From NCBI GenBank assembly GCA_965203905.1, contig CBDBDQ010000005.1, forward strand, positions 320,001 to 384,000: a DNA stretch of 64,000 nucleotides, written 5' to 3'. Every line of letters starts with the position of its first letter. Within the stretch, counting starts at the first letter, position 1. This document shows positions 1 through 10,256 of the stretch, one piece after another. Made by a program: the position numbers and the translations under genes. This DNA is from Spirochaetia bacterium. Lineage in GTDB: Bacteria; Spirochaetota; Spirochaetia; SZUA-6; Bin103. A model generated the notes under the pieces. It did not search any database. It was not told the origin of the DNA and saw nothing but the letters and a program-made list of their open reading frames with translations.

Positions 1-310
1 GACGCTCCATCAGCCCGGCCACGCCCGACCGCAGGCGCTCGGTGACCGTGGCCTTCCACGCCATGGCGGCGCCCAGGTCGTAGCGGGCGCCCTCCACCGC
101 CACCCCGTAGCCGGCGCCGTGGAACGCCTGCTGCAGCAGCTTGGCCGAGTGAATCAGCGTCTTGGTGGGAATGCAGCCCGAGTTGAGACACACCCCGCCG
201 AGGTGGTCGCGCTCCACCAGCGCGGTCCGCAGACCGCGTGCGGCGGCGCGTTCCGCGGCTACGTAGCCGCCGGGGCCGCCTCCTACCACGGCCAGGTCGA
301 AGTCGCTCAT
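1..310 (-). CDS. lpdA: Dihydrolipoamide dehydrogenase (E3), N-terminal part, runs off window start
   Basis: Manual translation from ATG at 310: [19 protein letters not shown]...[13 protein letters not shown] (FAD-binding GxGxxG and redox CxxxxC); directly downstream of E2. Confidence 0.93.
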   Translation of the reverse strand, partial: MSDFDLAVVGGGPGGYVAAERAAARGLRTALVERDHLGGVCLNSGCIPTKTLIHSAKLLQQAFHGAGYGVAVEGARYDLGAAMAWKATVTERLRSGVAGLMER

Positions 311-362
311 CGCCGGTCTCCGTTACCCTCGGCGGCGGCGCGCCGGTGTCGCGGGCTGCGCA

Positions 363-1796
363 TTACAGCGCCGCGAGCAGGTCGATGTCGGCGATGGCGG
401 CGGCCAGCGCCTGCAGGAAGCGCGCCGCCGGGGCGCCGTCGACCACGCGATGGTCGATGGTGAGCGACAGGCCGATGTGACGCCGGTAGCTGACCTCCCG
501 CGGCGGTCCGGGCTGCGTCAGGTCCGCTGCCACCGGCTTCAACGCCAGCGCTCCCACCCCCAGGATGGCGACCTGCGGCAGATTGAGAATCGGGGTGAAG
601 CTCTCCACGCCGAGGGCGCCGAGGTTGGTCACCGTGAAGGTGCCGCCCTGCAGCAGGTCGGGGCTGATGGAGCCGGCCTGGGTTGCCGCCGCCAGCTCGT
701 GGGCGCGGGCGGCGAGCCCGGCGATGGAGAGCTGGTGGGCGGCGTTGATCACCGGCACCACCAGGCCGCGCTCGGTATCGACCGCGAACGCCAGGTGCAC
801 GTCCCGATGCCGTTCGACCCGGTCGCCGCCGCCGTCGCTGCGCACCACGGCGTTGAGCTCCGGAAACTGCGGCAGGGTGCGTGCCACGGCGTACAGGATC
901 AGGTCGTTGATGGTGACCTGCCGGAGCTGGAGGTGCTCGGCGCTGCTCTTGAGGCGCGCGCGATACGCCACCAGCCCCTCCGCGTCCGCGCTGGCGTTCA
1001 TGGTGAGCTGGGCGGTGTCGAGCAGCGACTGCCGCATCCGCTCGCTGATCAGCTTGCGCACGCCGGTGACCGGGACGGTCTCGACCTGCTCCGGTGCCGC
1101 CGCGGCAGCGGGGGCGGGGGCTGCCACGCCTGCGAGGTCGGCCAGGGTCACGCGGCCGCCGATGCCGCTCCCCACCGCGGGCACCTCGGCCCCGGCGGCG
1201 ACCGCGGCGCGGGCGGCGGCGGTAAGCGCGGGCCGCGCCGCGGCAGCCGCAACCACGTCGCGTTCGATGATGCGGCCGCGGGGACCACTGCCGCCGAGGG
1301 CGGTGTAATCGACTCCCAGCTCGCCGGCGCGTCTGCGGGCGCGCGGAGAGATGGCCGGTCCGCCACGGCGTGTGGAGGGCGCGGCGCCGGCGGCAGCGGC
1401 CGGGGCGCCGGCGCCGGCCGGGCCGGGAACTGCCGCCTCGGGGGCAGCAACGGGAGCGGGGGCTACCGGTGGCGGCGCCACGAGCCCGGCTCCGGCAGCA
1501 TCGCCGGTTGCCGGTGCGGAACCGCCGACGGCGGCCGCGGGCGTGGGCACCTCCTCGCCGGGCTCGCCCACCGCGGCAATGGGTGCGAGCACCGGGACTT
1601 CCTCACCCTCCGGAACGAACTGTGCCAGCAGCGTCCCGCTGGCCGTCGACTCGACCTCGAAGGCCGCCTTGTCGGTCTCTATCTCGCACAGCACCTCGCC
1701 GGATCCGACGTTCTCTCCCGGCTGCTTGAGCCAGCGCACGATGGTGCACGCCTCGACCGACTGCCCCTGTCGCGGCATTACGATTTCCGTCGCCAT
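363..1796 (-). CDS. 2-oxoacid dehydrogenase E2 (dihydrolipoamide acyltransferase)
   Basis: Lipoyl domain EIETDKA, Ala/Pro linker, E3-binding motif GSGPRGRI, catalytic DHRVVDG; start moved to MATEIVMP. Confidence 0.93.
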   Translation of the reverse strand: MATEIVMPRQGQSVEACTIVRWLKQPGENVGSGEVLCEIETDKAAFEVESTASGTLLAQFVPEGEEVPVLAPIAAVGEPGEEVPTPAAAVGGSAPATGDAAGAGLVAPPPVAPAPVAAPEAAVPGPAGAGAPAAAAGAAPSTRRGGPAISPRARRRAGELGVDYTALGGSGPRGRIIERDVVAAAAARPALTAAARAAVAAGAEVPAVGSGIGGRVTLADLAGVAAPAPAAAAAPEQVETVPVTGVRKLISERMRQSLLDTAQLTMNASADAEGLVAYRARLKSSAEHLQLRQVTINDLILYAVARTLPQFPELNAVVRSDGGGDRVERHRDVHLAFAVDTERGLVVPVINAAHQLSIAGLAARAHELAAATQAGSISPDLLQGGTFTVTNLGALGVESFTPILNLPQVAILGVGALALKPVAADLTQPGPPREVSYRRHIGLSLTIDHRVVDGAPAARFLQALAAAIADIDLLAAL

Positions 1797-1909
1797 ATGA
1801 CGGATGCATCTTAGTCGGACGGACCAACAAAATCGACCCACCGCGCACGCACGCGCGAACGCCGTGCGCACGCCACGGCACTGCGCCGTCATGGTCGGCG
1901 CGCTTCGGG

Positions 1910-2740
1910 TCAGGTTACTCCCAGCGAACCCTTGCTGAACCAGAGGTCGACCGCCAGCACCGCCGCACCGGTGTGGGTGTCCAGGTCGCCGGTGATCTGC
2001 TCCAGCTCCGCAACCAGCGGATGGATCTCACGTTCCGGAACCACCGCCATGATGGTGCGGCTGGATTCGCTGCGGTCGCCGAGGAAGTTGAGGAAGTCGC
2101 CGAACAGGGGCACGTTGCTGAGCACGTTCTTCACCCCCGTGGACTCGGTGATGGTGGCGCCCTGGATCCCGTGCTCCAGGAACAGCGTCACCACATCGTC
2201 CAGGAACCGCAGCTCGTAGAGCACGATGATCAGCAGCTTGCGGCCGCCGCTGCTGCGCGCCGGCTCGGGCGCCACCGGCGTCAGGTAGGCTTCGACCGAC
2301 GCCCGCAAGGCGGCGCGCGTCGGCGCCCCACGGATCTCGTCGCGGGCCGTGGGGTTGAGCCCCACGCGCGAGATGTGGGCCAGAAAGCGCAGATATTCCT
2401 GGGGCGATTCCTCGGGTCCCACCAGCACGAAGAACAGGGTGCTCGGCGCGCCGTCGGAGCTGTCGTAGTCGACGCCTCGCGGCGACACCGCGACCCCCAG
2501 GGCGAACGGCACGTCGCCGGGCAGCCGGGCATGGGGAATGGCGACACCGTGCTCGAACCCGGTCGAGCCGAGTGCCTCCCGCTCGCGCAGGGCGGCCAGC
2601 AGCGCCTCCCGCGATACCTTCAGGCCGGACTCCGCCATCAACGTCGCCAGCTCTTCCAGACACTCCGCCTTGTTCTTCGCCTCCAGCGCCACCGTACAGC
2701 GCCGCTGATCGAGGATCCCGGCCGATTCCATCGGTTCCAC
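1910..2740 (-). CDS. PTS EIIA (Fru/Ntr-type) domain fused to C-terminal PII-like domain
   Basis: REALGSTG...GVAIPHAR (EIIA phospho-His); C-terminal KLLIIVL...GIQGATITESTG...RTIMAVV...TGAAVLAV resembles the PII/GlnB-like fold. Confidence 0.8.
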   Translation of the reverse strand: MEPMESAGILDQRRCTVALEAKNKAECLEELATLMAESGLKVSREALLAALREREALGSTGFEHGVAIPHARLPGDVPFALGVAVSPRGVDYDSSDGAPSTLFFVLVGPEESPQEYLRFLAHISRVGLNPTARDEIRGAPTRAALRASVEAYLTPVAPEPARSSGGRKLLIIVLYELRFLDDVVTLFLEHGIQGATITESTGVKNVLSNVPLFGDFLNFLGDRSESSRTIMAVVPEREIHPLVAELEQITGDLDTHTGAAVLAVDLWFSKGSLGVT

Positions 2741-2756
2741 CTCCGTGTGCCGTCCG

Positions 2757-4004
2757 CTACTCGCGCTCGGACCCGCGCACGATCCCGAAACGCGAGATGA
2801 GCGGGCCGATCAGTTCGTTCACGAAGACGCTGAACAGCACTACGTTGGTGAGCAGCCGCAGCATCTCGCGCACCGCCTCGGGCGCCGCCGTGAACAACGA
2901 CGAGCTCTGCACCACCAGCGCCAGCCCGATCGCCACCCCGGCCTGGGGAAACAGGCAGAAACTCAGGTAGCGGCGCACGTTGGCCGGCGCGCGCACGAGC
3001 AGCGATCCGAGCGTCACGCCCGCCACCTTGCCGCCGAAGCGGACCGCCAGGTAGACCAGCCCGATCAGCACCACGATGCCCTTGCTGACCACGCCGATGT
3101 CCAGCTCCGCCCCCGCCAGAATAAAGAACAACGCGAAGATGGGCGGCGTGAGCGGCTCCAACGCGGCGAAGATACGCCGGTTGCGCAGCGCCATGTTGAC
3201 CAGCATGAAGCCGGCAAACATGTTGGCGATGAGGGCGGACAGCTCCAGCAGGGTTACCAGCGCCGTAAGCAGGAACAGGATCCCGAGGGTGATCAGCAGC
3301 ACCTCGCTGTCCCGCTTGCGCCCGCCGGCGGCAAAGTGAATCGCCAGGGCCGCCAGCGCCCCCGCAACCGCTGACAGCCCGATCTCGGCCAGCCCGTGGC
3401 CGAACGCGGCCAGGACTGAAGCGCCGGCCCCGCCGGTGCCGGCCAAAAGCGGCCCGACCACGGCGAAGCCGATGGAGAACAGCAGCACGCTCACCGCGTC
3501 GTCGAAGGCGACCACCCCGAACAGGTAGTCGATGAACTCGCCGCGCGCCCGCAGCTCACGCACGATCACCAGGGTGGCGGCCGGTGCAGTGGCGGCGGCG
3601 ATGGCGCCGAGCAGCAGCGCGTAGCTGAACGGCAAGAGCAGGAACCCCAGCACCAACGTCACCGCAACGGTCGCCAGCACCGCTTCGAACAGGGTGATTA
3701 CGAGGATCTTGCTGCCGGTGCGCCGTAGCTTGGCAAGCTGGAACTCCCCGCCGATGGTGAGCGCGATGAAGCTCAACGCCACCTCGGTAAACGGCCCCAG
3801 GGACTCGACCGTGTGGTGCTCGATGACACCGCTCACCGAGTGGCTGAGCAGCAGTCCGGCGACGATGTAGCCGGTGATGGTGGGCAGATGCAGCACCTGG
3901 CACAGGCGCCCGAACAGGTAGCCGGCCAGGATCAGGACGGCAAGGCTCAGCAGTGGGTTGTGATTGATCGCCGCGATCGGATCGCGCAGCAGCTCGCCCA
4001 GCAT
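2757..4004 (-). CDS. Cation:proton antiporter (CPA2 / Na_H_Exchanger family)
   Basis: Very hydrophobic; LPTITGYIVAG, AATAPAAT, VAFDDAV and PQAGVAIGL motifs. Confidence 0.88.
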   Translation of the reverse strand: MLGELLRDPIAAINHNPLLSLAVLILAGYLFGRLCQVLHLPTITGYIVAGLLLSHSVSGVIEHHTVESLGPFTEVALSFIALTIGGEFQLAKLRRTGSKILVITLFEAVLATVAVTLVLGFLLLPFSYALLLGAIAAATAPAATLVIVRELRARGEFIDYLFGVVAFDDAVSVLLFSIGFAVVGPLLAGTGGAGASVLAAFGHGLAEIGLSAVAGALAALAIHFAAGGRKRDSEVLLITLGILFLLTALVTLLELSALIANMFAGFMLVNMALRNRRIFAALEPLTPPIFALFFILAGAELDIGVVSKGIVVLIGLVYLAVRFGGKVAGVTLGSLLVRAPANVRRYLSFCLFPQAGVAIGLALVVQSSSLFTAAPEAVREMLRLLTNVVLFSVFVNELIGPLISRFGIVRGSERE

Positions 4005-4080
4005 CAGGCGGCCCTCACCTTAGTGACGCCAGCAGTTGCGGTCAATCGCGCCGCACCGTCCGCAGGCCGCTCCGAACTGT

Positions 4081-4596
4081 CTATACGAGCAGTGTCACCA
4101 GGCCCAGACTGAGGAGGGCCAGCAGTCCCGCCGCAAACAGACCTACGCCGAACGCACGGCGACCCACCGCCACCAGGCCGCGCACGTTCACGCCCAGGCC
4201 GACGCCGGCCATGGCCACGGTGATCAGGAAGCCGGCGACCACGGCGGCGAGTCGGTCGGTGGAAAAGGACAGCGTCTGCTCCTGCCAGAGCACGCTGTCG
4301 CTGAGCTGCAGGGTGAAGTGAGGGAACAGGTGCAGGCTGCGAGCCACGGCCAGCAACACGAAGCCAACGATGAACGGCGGCACCAGTGTGGTCGCGGCTG
4401 GGCGCCGGCGCACGTACGGCTCCGGCCAGCGGCGCCGCTCCCGCGCGTACCACAGGCCGAGTGCCACGACGCATGGCGCCAGCAGCAGAATGCGTACCAG
4501 CTTCACGATCAGGGCCACTTCGCCGGCTCGCTTTCCGTAGCTGAAACCGGCTGCCAGCACCTGCGCCGTCGCGTGAATGGCCGTACTCGACCACCC
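4081..4596 (-). pseudogene. 5'-truncated YeiH/UPF0324 (putative sulfate exporter family) membrane protein
   Basis: Only the C-terminal half is present (WSSTAIHATAQVLAAG...VKLVRILLLAP...AMAGVGL); upstream frame is non-homologous and has a stop at 4678-4680. Confidence 0.7.
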
Positions 4597-4693
4597 AAGG
4601 CCGGCTGCGCGGGTGCTCGGCGACGGGATCTCGCACCCGTTGGCACCCGTGGGCGGGACTTTCGGCGGCGGGATACTCTATGGTTCCCGTGAG

Positions 4694-5593
4694 ATGGAGA
4701 AGGTACTCACCGACGCCCAGGTGCAGCAGTTCCGCGCCGATGGGCTGCTGCTGATTCCGGGGCTTATTCCGGAGAGCGTGTACGGTCCGGTGCGGGACGA
4801 TCTGGAGCGCATGATCGAAGCCGCCAAGGGTGGGCCGGCGCCGGACTACACCTACATGTACTACACGGCCCCGCGCGCGGGAGCCCGCTCATGGCTGTAC
4901 CGGATCAACGAGCTGATCGGCACGCATCAGCTCGAGAGCGTCAAGCTGATGCTCGCCTACCCTCCCCTGCTCAGCGCCGTGCACCAGGTGGTGGAGCGGG
5001 AGCACTTCGCCTCCTCCGCGGCGGCGGTGGTGTTCAAGCTGCCCAGCTCGGAGGTGCCGGTGGGGTGGCATCAGGACGGCGTGACGGTCAACCGCTGGCC
5101 GGTGTTCGACACCGACATCTACCTGGACGAGAGCGACCCCGACAACGGCGGCCTGTGGGGCATTCCCGGCAGCCATCTGGCCGGCTACAACCCGGAGCTG
5201 CGCAAGGAGGTGATCGCCAGCTTCACCGCGGGCAGGGAAGCGGGCGACGTACCGGGAGCGGTGCCGGTGGTGGCCAAGCCCGGCGACGTCAACCTGCACG
5301 CCAACTCGGTGGTGCACGGATCGTTCGCCAGCCGTACGCCGCGGCTGCGGCGCACCCTGTACTTCCACTGGGACAACTACGCCGACGTCGCAATGCGCTC
5401 CGCGGACGACCAGTGGCGCCGCATCTACCTGTGGGCGCAGCAGACGCTGTGCGACGCCATTGCGCTGCGCGCAAGCCGCTTTCCGAACGAGACCCCGTTT
5501 CCCTATCGGACGGTGGTTCCGGACGCGCTGCCCGGGTCCAGCCCCGAGTGGTTCTCGCAGCTCAAGGCAAGCGGGAAACGAAAGACCGCCTGA
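4694..5593 (+). CDS. Phytanoyl-CoA dioxygenase (PhyH) family Fe(II)/2OG oxygenase
   Basis: LTDAQVQQFRADG N-terminus, WHQD and VHGS facial triad, RR motif. Confidence 0.88.
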   Translation: MEKVLTDAQVQQFRADGLLLIPGLIPESVYGPVRDDLERMIEAAKGGPAPDYTYMYYTAPRAGARSWLYRINELIGTHQLESVKLMLAYPPLLSAVHQVVEREHFASSAAAVVFKLPSSEVPVGWHQDGVTVNRWPVFDTDIYLDESDPDNGGLWGIPGSHLAGYNPELRKEVIASFTAGREAGDVPGAVPVVAKPGDVNLHANSVVHGSFASRTPRLRRTLYFHWDNYADVAMRSADDQWRRIYLWAQQTLCDAIALRASRFPNETPFPYRTVVPDALPGSSPEWFSQLKASGKRKTA

Positions 5594-5599
5594 CACGTC

Positions 5600-6544
5600 A
5601 TGGAGGTGCCTGACGGGGGAGCGGCGACGGAGGTGCGGGACCGGGCGCAGGGTGCGCTGATCGGGCTCGCGCTCGGCGACGCGCTCGGCACGACGCTCGA
5701 GTTCTCCGCCCGCGACTCGCAGCCGCCGGTGAACGCCCTCGTGGGCGGCGGCCCGTTCCGCCTCGCACCCGGCGAATGGACCGACGACACCAGCATGGCG
5801 CTGTGTCTCGCCGATTCCCTGCTGCAACGGAACGCACTCGATGCGCGCGACCTGGTCGAGCGCTTCTGTCGCTGGCACGAGGAAGGCTACAACTCGGTTA
5901 CGGGCGAGTGCTTCGACATCGGCGTGACTACGTGCGAGGCGCTGCGCACCTACCGCGCTACCGGGGAGCCGCTGAGCGGCAGCACCGATCCCCGGAGTGC
6001 CGGCAACGGGTCGCTGATGCGCCTGGCACCGGTGGCGATCCGCTGGTGGCACGACCGCGCCGCGGCGGTCGGGGCCGCCCGCCTGCAGAGCCGCATCACC
6101 CACGGTGCGCCGCAGGCGGTGGAGGCGTGCGCGCTGTTCGCCGAGCTGCTGGTCGAGGCAATCGGCGGGGCGCCGAAGGAGCGCGTCCTGCAGGCCCGGG
6201 ACTGGGCCGGCGATGCGGGGGTCGCCGCGGTGGCGGCCGGTTCGTGGCGCACCAAGGCGCGGGACGACATTTCCTCCTCGGGATACGTGCTGCACACGCT
6301 GGAAGCGGCGCTGTGGTGCGTGGGCCGATCGGAGTCGATCGCGGACGCCCTGATTCTGGCCGCCAACCTGGGCGCGGACGCGGACACGGTGGGCGCCGTC
6401 ACCGGACAGCTTGCCGGCGCGCTGTGGGGAATGTCGGCAGCGCCCGCCTCCTGGCTCGCAAAGCTGGCTTGGCGGGCGCGCATCACGGAACTCGCTGCAG
6501 GTCTGTTCGAGGCGGGAAACCGCGAACGGATGAGCAAGCGCTGA
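5600..6544 (+). CDS. ADP-ribosylglycohydrolase (DraG/ARH family)
   Basis: [24 protein letters not shown] motifs. Confidence 0.92.
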   Translation: MEVPDGGAATEVRDRAQGALIGLALGDALGTTLEFSARDSQPPVNALVGGGPFRLAPGEWTDDTSMALCLADSLLQRNALDARDLVERFCRWHEEGYNSVTGECFDIGVTTCEALRTYRATGEPLSGSTDPRSAGNGSLMRLAPVAIRWWHDRAAAVGAARLQSRITHGAPQAVEACALFAELLVEAIGGAPKERVLQARDWAGDAGVAAVAAGSWRTKARDDISSSGYVLHTLEAALWCVGRSESIADALILAANLGADADTVGAVTGQLAGALWGMSAAPASWLAKLAWRARITELAAGLFEAGNRERMSKR

Positions 6545-6622
6545 CTGGCAGCCCCGAGCGTTGTGCGCACGCCACACCGGCGCCCGCGTGCGACTCCGAC
6601 GCACCCTGCCGGCATGCGGGCG

Positions 6623-7789
6623 TCAGGACTTCCAGAGATCGAGGTACTTGAACCCGGAGCCGGTGTTGAACACCACTACGCGGTCGTCGCGCTCCAGCTC
6701 TCCGAACTCCTGTAGCCGGCGTAGCGCCGGCACGCAGGCGGCCCCCTCGGGGGCCGCGAATACGCCTTCGGCGGCAGCGAGCTCGCGCACCGCGTTGAGA
6801 ATCTCGGCGTCCTCCACGGCCAGTGCCCGCCCGCCGCTGCGGCGCACGATGTCGAGCATCAGGAAGTCGCCGATCGGCTGCGGAACCAGCAGGCCGTCGG
6901 CCACGGTGCGCGGCCGGGGCACGGCCTCGGCACCGTCGGCGCCGGCCTCGAACGCGGTGGCGATCGGCGCACAGCCGCCAGCCTGCACCACGATCATGCG
7001 TGGCCGCCGGGCGTCGATCCAGCCCATCTCCTGCATCTCGTCGAACGCCTTCCACATTCCGATCAGGCCGGTGCCGCCTCCGGTGGGGTATACGATCACG
7101 TCGGGCAGCGTCCAGCCCAACTGTTCGGCCAGTTCGTAGCCCATTGTCTTCTTGCCTTCGACGCGATACGGCTCCTTGAGCGTGGACAGGTCGAACCAGC
7201 CGTTGGACTGGGCCCGTTCGGCCAGCAGGCGACCGCAGTCGCCGATGAGGCCGTCCACGAGCACCACCTCGGCGCCGCTCTGGCGGCACTGGATGCGGTG
7301 CGCCTGCGGGGAATCCCGCGGCACGAACACGGTGGCGTCCAGGCCGGCGCGCGCGGCATAGGCGGCCAGCGCCCCCGCCGCATTGCCGGCCGAGGGAACC
7401 GCCAGGTGGCGGACGCCCAGCTCGCGCGCCATGGACACGGCCACGGCCATGCCGCGCGCCTTGAACGAGCCGGTGGGATTGGCCGCCTCGTCCTTGATGA
7501 AGAGCCGTTCCAGGCCCAGCCGGCGGCCCAGGTTGGGAGCCGGGAGCAACGGCGTCCAGCCCTCGCCCAGGGTGGTGACGTGCTCCTGATGCATCACCGG
7601 CAGCAACTCGCGGTAGCGCCACAGGCTGGGCTCCCGGTCCGCCAGCGCCGGGCGTTCCGATTCCCGCGCCGCGCGGGCCAGGTCGTAGCGCACCAGCAGC
7701 GGCTTGCCGCAGTCACGGCACAGGTTCTGCAGCGCATTGCACTCGTGACGGCGCGCGCACGACGAACATTCCAGGTGGGTGACGTACAC
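6623..7789 (-). CDS. thrC: Threonine synthase (PLP, fold II)
   Basis: N-terminal CxxC...Cxx[30 protein letters not shown]. Confidence 0.85.
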   Translation of the reverse strand: MYVTHLECSSCARRHECNALQNLCRDCGKPLLVRYDLARAARESERPALADREPSLWRYRELLPVMHQEHVTTLGEGWTPLLPAPNLGRRLGLERLFIKDEAANPTGSFKARGMAVAVSMARELGVRHLAVPSAGNAAGALAAYAARAGLDATVFVPRDSPQAHRIQCRQSGAEVVLVDGLIGDCGRLLAERAQSNGWFDLSTLKEPYRVEGKKTMGYELAEQLGWTLPDVIVYPTGGGTGLIGMWKAFDEMQEMGWIDARRPRMIVVQAGGCAPIATAFEAGADGAEAVPRPRTVADGLLVPQPIGDFLMLDIVRRSGGRALAVEDAEILNAVRELAAAEGVFAAPEGAACVPALRRLQEFGELERDDRVVVFNTGSGFKYLDLWKS

Positions 7790-7939
7790 TGGTGCCTCGA
7801 CTATCTCCCCGCGGCCCGGTAGTAGCTGCCGGGCGCGCTTGTGTCAACCGGCACCGGTTCCGTTCCGAGGTACCCGAGTGCGGCCGCGGTTACACTCGTG
7901 CGACCGGCCTGTTCCATGCCGACTCCGTATAATCGGCGC

Positions 7940-9325
7940 GTGGCCCGCAACCCATCGGCCGCCGTCGGCGGCGTCATTCCTCCCGGCCCGCGCGGCCTGC
8001 CGGCGCTGCTGGACGTGGTGCGCCGCTATCGGCGCGACAGCCTCGGTCTGTTGCGCGATCTGGTACGCGACTACGGTAACGTGGTGAACCTGCCTTTTGG
8101 CGGCGGCTGCGTGTACCTGGTCAACGAGCCGGCGCTGATCCATGCGGTGCTGGTGAGTGGGCACCGGCACTTCATCAAGAGCGCCGGCCTGCAGATGACG
8201 CGCGGGCTGCTGGGCGAGGGTCTGCTGACCTCCGAAGGAGCGCTGCACCGACACCGGCGGCACCTGCTGCAGCCCTGCCTCCAGCCACGCGCGGCGGGGC
8301 GCTGGGCGCGGACCATCTCCGAGCTGGCCGCGGCCGGCGCCGCGCGCTGGCAGCCGGGCGAAGAACTCGCGGTGCACGGGCAGATGGCGGAGTTGACCCT
8401 GGCGGTCATCTGCGAAGTGCTCGGCGCGCCCTTTGGGGGGCAGGACCTTACCCGGCTGGAAGATACCCTGACACTGGCACAGCGCCGCTTCAGAAAAGCA
8501 ATTGGATCACCGGTGGCGATCGTCACCCGCTTCGTGCTCGGCGCCGCACGCGACGTCCGGCGCCTGGAGCGGCTGGTGTACCGGATGATCGATGCCGCGC
8601 AACGCAACCCACATGCCGCCGCCGGAACCCTGCTGCCGATGCTGCTCGCGGCGGAAGACGTCGACGGCAACCGCATGACGCTGCGCGCGGTCCGGGACGA
8701 GGTCGTGACGCTGCTGGTGGCGGGCTACGAGACCACCGCCAACACCCTCTCCTGGGCCTGCTACCTGCTGGCGCGCCACGAAGCTGCGGCGTTGCGGCTG
8801 CACGCCGAGGTGGACGCCTTGCTGGCGCCGCGCGGCCGCCGCAACGAGGTGGTGACCCTGGAGGCCGGCGACCTGGAGCGGCTGCCGTACACGCGCAGCG
8901 TGATCACCGAGACCCTGCGCCTGTACCCGCCGGCCTACCTGGTAGGGCGCCAGGCGGTCGAGAACGTCGTGCTGGAGGGCTACCGTATCCCAGCCGGCAC
9001 CACGGTCCTGATGAGCCAGTACCTGATGCACCGCGACGCTCGCTTCTTCCCCGACCCCGAAGCGTTTCTGCCCGACCGCTGGGCCGTGCCCGACCCGGGC
9101 AACGCAGCCCCGGCGCTCCCGCGCTGCGCCTTCTTTCCGTTCGGCGACGGACCGCGCGTCTGCATCGGCGAACCGCTGGCGTGGCTGGAAGCGACGCTGA
9201 TCCTGGCCGCCGTCAGTTACCGCTGGCGCCTGCGCCTCCCTCCGAACGCGCCGGAACCGGTTCCCGAGCCGCGCATCACCCTGCGCCCGCGCGGCGGCCT
9301 GCGCCTGATCCCCGAGCCCCGCTGA
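7940..9325 (+). CDS. Cytochrome P450
   Basis: AGYETTA I-helix, ETLR (ExxR), FFPFGDGPRVCIG heme-Cys; in-frame GTG 6 nt after TATAAT. Confidence 0.93.
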   Translation: MARNPSAAVGGVIPPGPRGLPALLDVVRRYRRDSLGLLRDLVRDYGNVVNLPFGGGCVYLVNEPALIHAVLVSGHRHFIKSAGLQMTRGLLGEGLLTSEGALHRHRRHLLQPCLQPRAAGRWARTISELAAAGAARWQPGEELAVHGQMAELTLAVICEVLGAPFGGQDLTRLEDTLTLAQRRFRKAIGSPVAIVTRFVLGAARDVRRLERLVYRMIDAAQRNPHAAAGTLLPMLLAAEDVDGNRMTLRAVRDEVVTLLVAGYETTANTLSWACYLLARHEAAALRLHAEVDALLAPRGRRNEVVTLEAGDLERLPYTRSVITETLRLYPPAYLVGRQAVENVVLEGYRIPAGTTVLMSQYLMHRDARFFPDPEAFLPDRWAVPDPGNAAPALPRCAFFPFGDGPRVCIGEPLAWLEATLILAAVSYRWRLRLPPNAPEPVPEPRITLRPRGGLRLIPEPR

Positions 9326-9336
9326 CCCCTTGCGTC

Positions 9337-9816
9337 CTAATCGGGTTCCGAGTTGTCGCGCTGTGAGCCCACACCTTCAGCGCCACCTCGGCCTCCCTCG
9401 GCCGGGGCCAACAGGTCGGCATCGCCCGCGGCGAATGCGGATTCCACGTCAGTACGTGAGAAATCCTCCCCCTTGAACAGCAACGGTTCTCCGGTTGACA
9501 GCGCGAGCGCATAGGCAAAACAGTCCCCGAAGTTGAGCGCGGCGGGATGGTTGCCCTTGCCGAATCGCCGCCAGGCTTCGCGGGCACGCGCCACCTGCTC
9601 CGCGGTAACCGGCATCAGCTCGATCTCCGCCGCATCGACGAAGCGATCCAGATCCGATTCCGCGGCCTCGCCGCGTCCGCCGATCACAATCGCCGCTTCC
9701 AGTAGATTGGCGACCGACATGCGACACGGGACCGCCGCCGCGATCTGGCGCGCGAAATACGGTGCATCCGCTTCCTTGAACAGAATCGCCAGAATCGCAG
9801 AGGTATCGAGGATCAC
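9337..9816 (-). CDS. vapC: VapC PIN-domain toxin
   Basis: MILDTSA...LNFGDCFAYALA...LLFKGEDF; 4-bp overlap with antitoxin. Confidence 0.93.
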   Translation of the reverse strand: MILDTSAILAILFKEADAPYFARQIAAAVPCRMSVANLLEAAIVIGGRGEAAESDLDRFVDAAEIELMPVTAEQVARAREAWRRFGKGNHPAALNFGDCFAYALALSTGEPLLFKGEDFSRTDVESAFAAGDADLLAPAEGGRGGAEGVGSQRDNSEPD

Positions 9817-10070
9817 CCGGGCAGTCCTCTCTCGTCGTAGAGCACGTCACCGTGGTCTATGGCAGCGGGGCCCGGACCGAGGCGCTGTGCACAGCGCTCG
9901 CCAATGGCAAGCAACTGCTGCGCGCGGACTTCCACGCCGCGCAACCGTTTCTCGCGGGCGAGGCGCTCACGCAGCGCGCTCGTGATCGCGCCGGTCATGC
10001 TCTGTCCGGTTAGGCTCGCGAGTTCCGCCGCAAGGCGGCAGGTTTCCTCGTTCTTGATGTTCAGGCTCAT
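9813..10070 (-). CDS. vapB: VapB antitoxin (Rv0623-like)
   Basis: MSLNIKNEE...LA...TGQSMTGAI...LYDERGLP signature. Confidence 0.92.
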   Translation of the reverse strand: MSLNIKNEETCRLAAELASLTGQSMTGAITSALRERLAREKRLRGVEVRAQQLLAIGERCAQRLGPGPAAIDHGDVLYDERGLPG

Positions 10071-10087
10071 GAACTCAGCCCTATTGG

Positions 10088-10113
10088 GGTAGAAGAGATG
10101 AGGTCAGTCTACC
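10088..10113. promoter_or_regulatory. Putative VapB operator over the vapBC promoter
   Basis: Inverted repeat GGTAGA-N14-TCTACC just upstream of vapB, overlapping TAGACT (-10-like) on the minus strand. Confidence 0.45.
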
Positions 10114-10256
10114 GTAAACGGTCCGCTACGGTCCAGCAGCGGTCTGTCGACCTCACCGGTGCGCGAACATCGTTCTGTGGAGTGTCCATACACGCGATCC
10201 GGCAGGTGCAGGACGCCGCTGGAGCAGTGAACCTGACGAAGTCTCTGGGACCTGCA

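Noticed and set aside
450-1814. 454-aa plus-strand ORF and the many similar Arg/Ala/Pro-rich alternative-frame ORFs
   Set aside because: They overlap well-supported genes and have composition typical of GC-rich shadow frames
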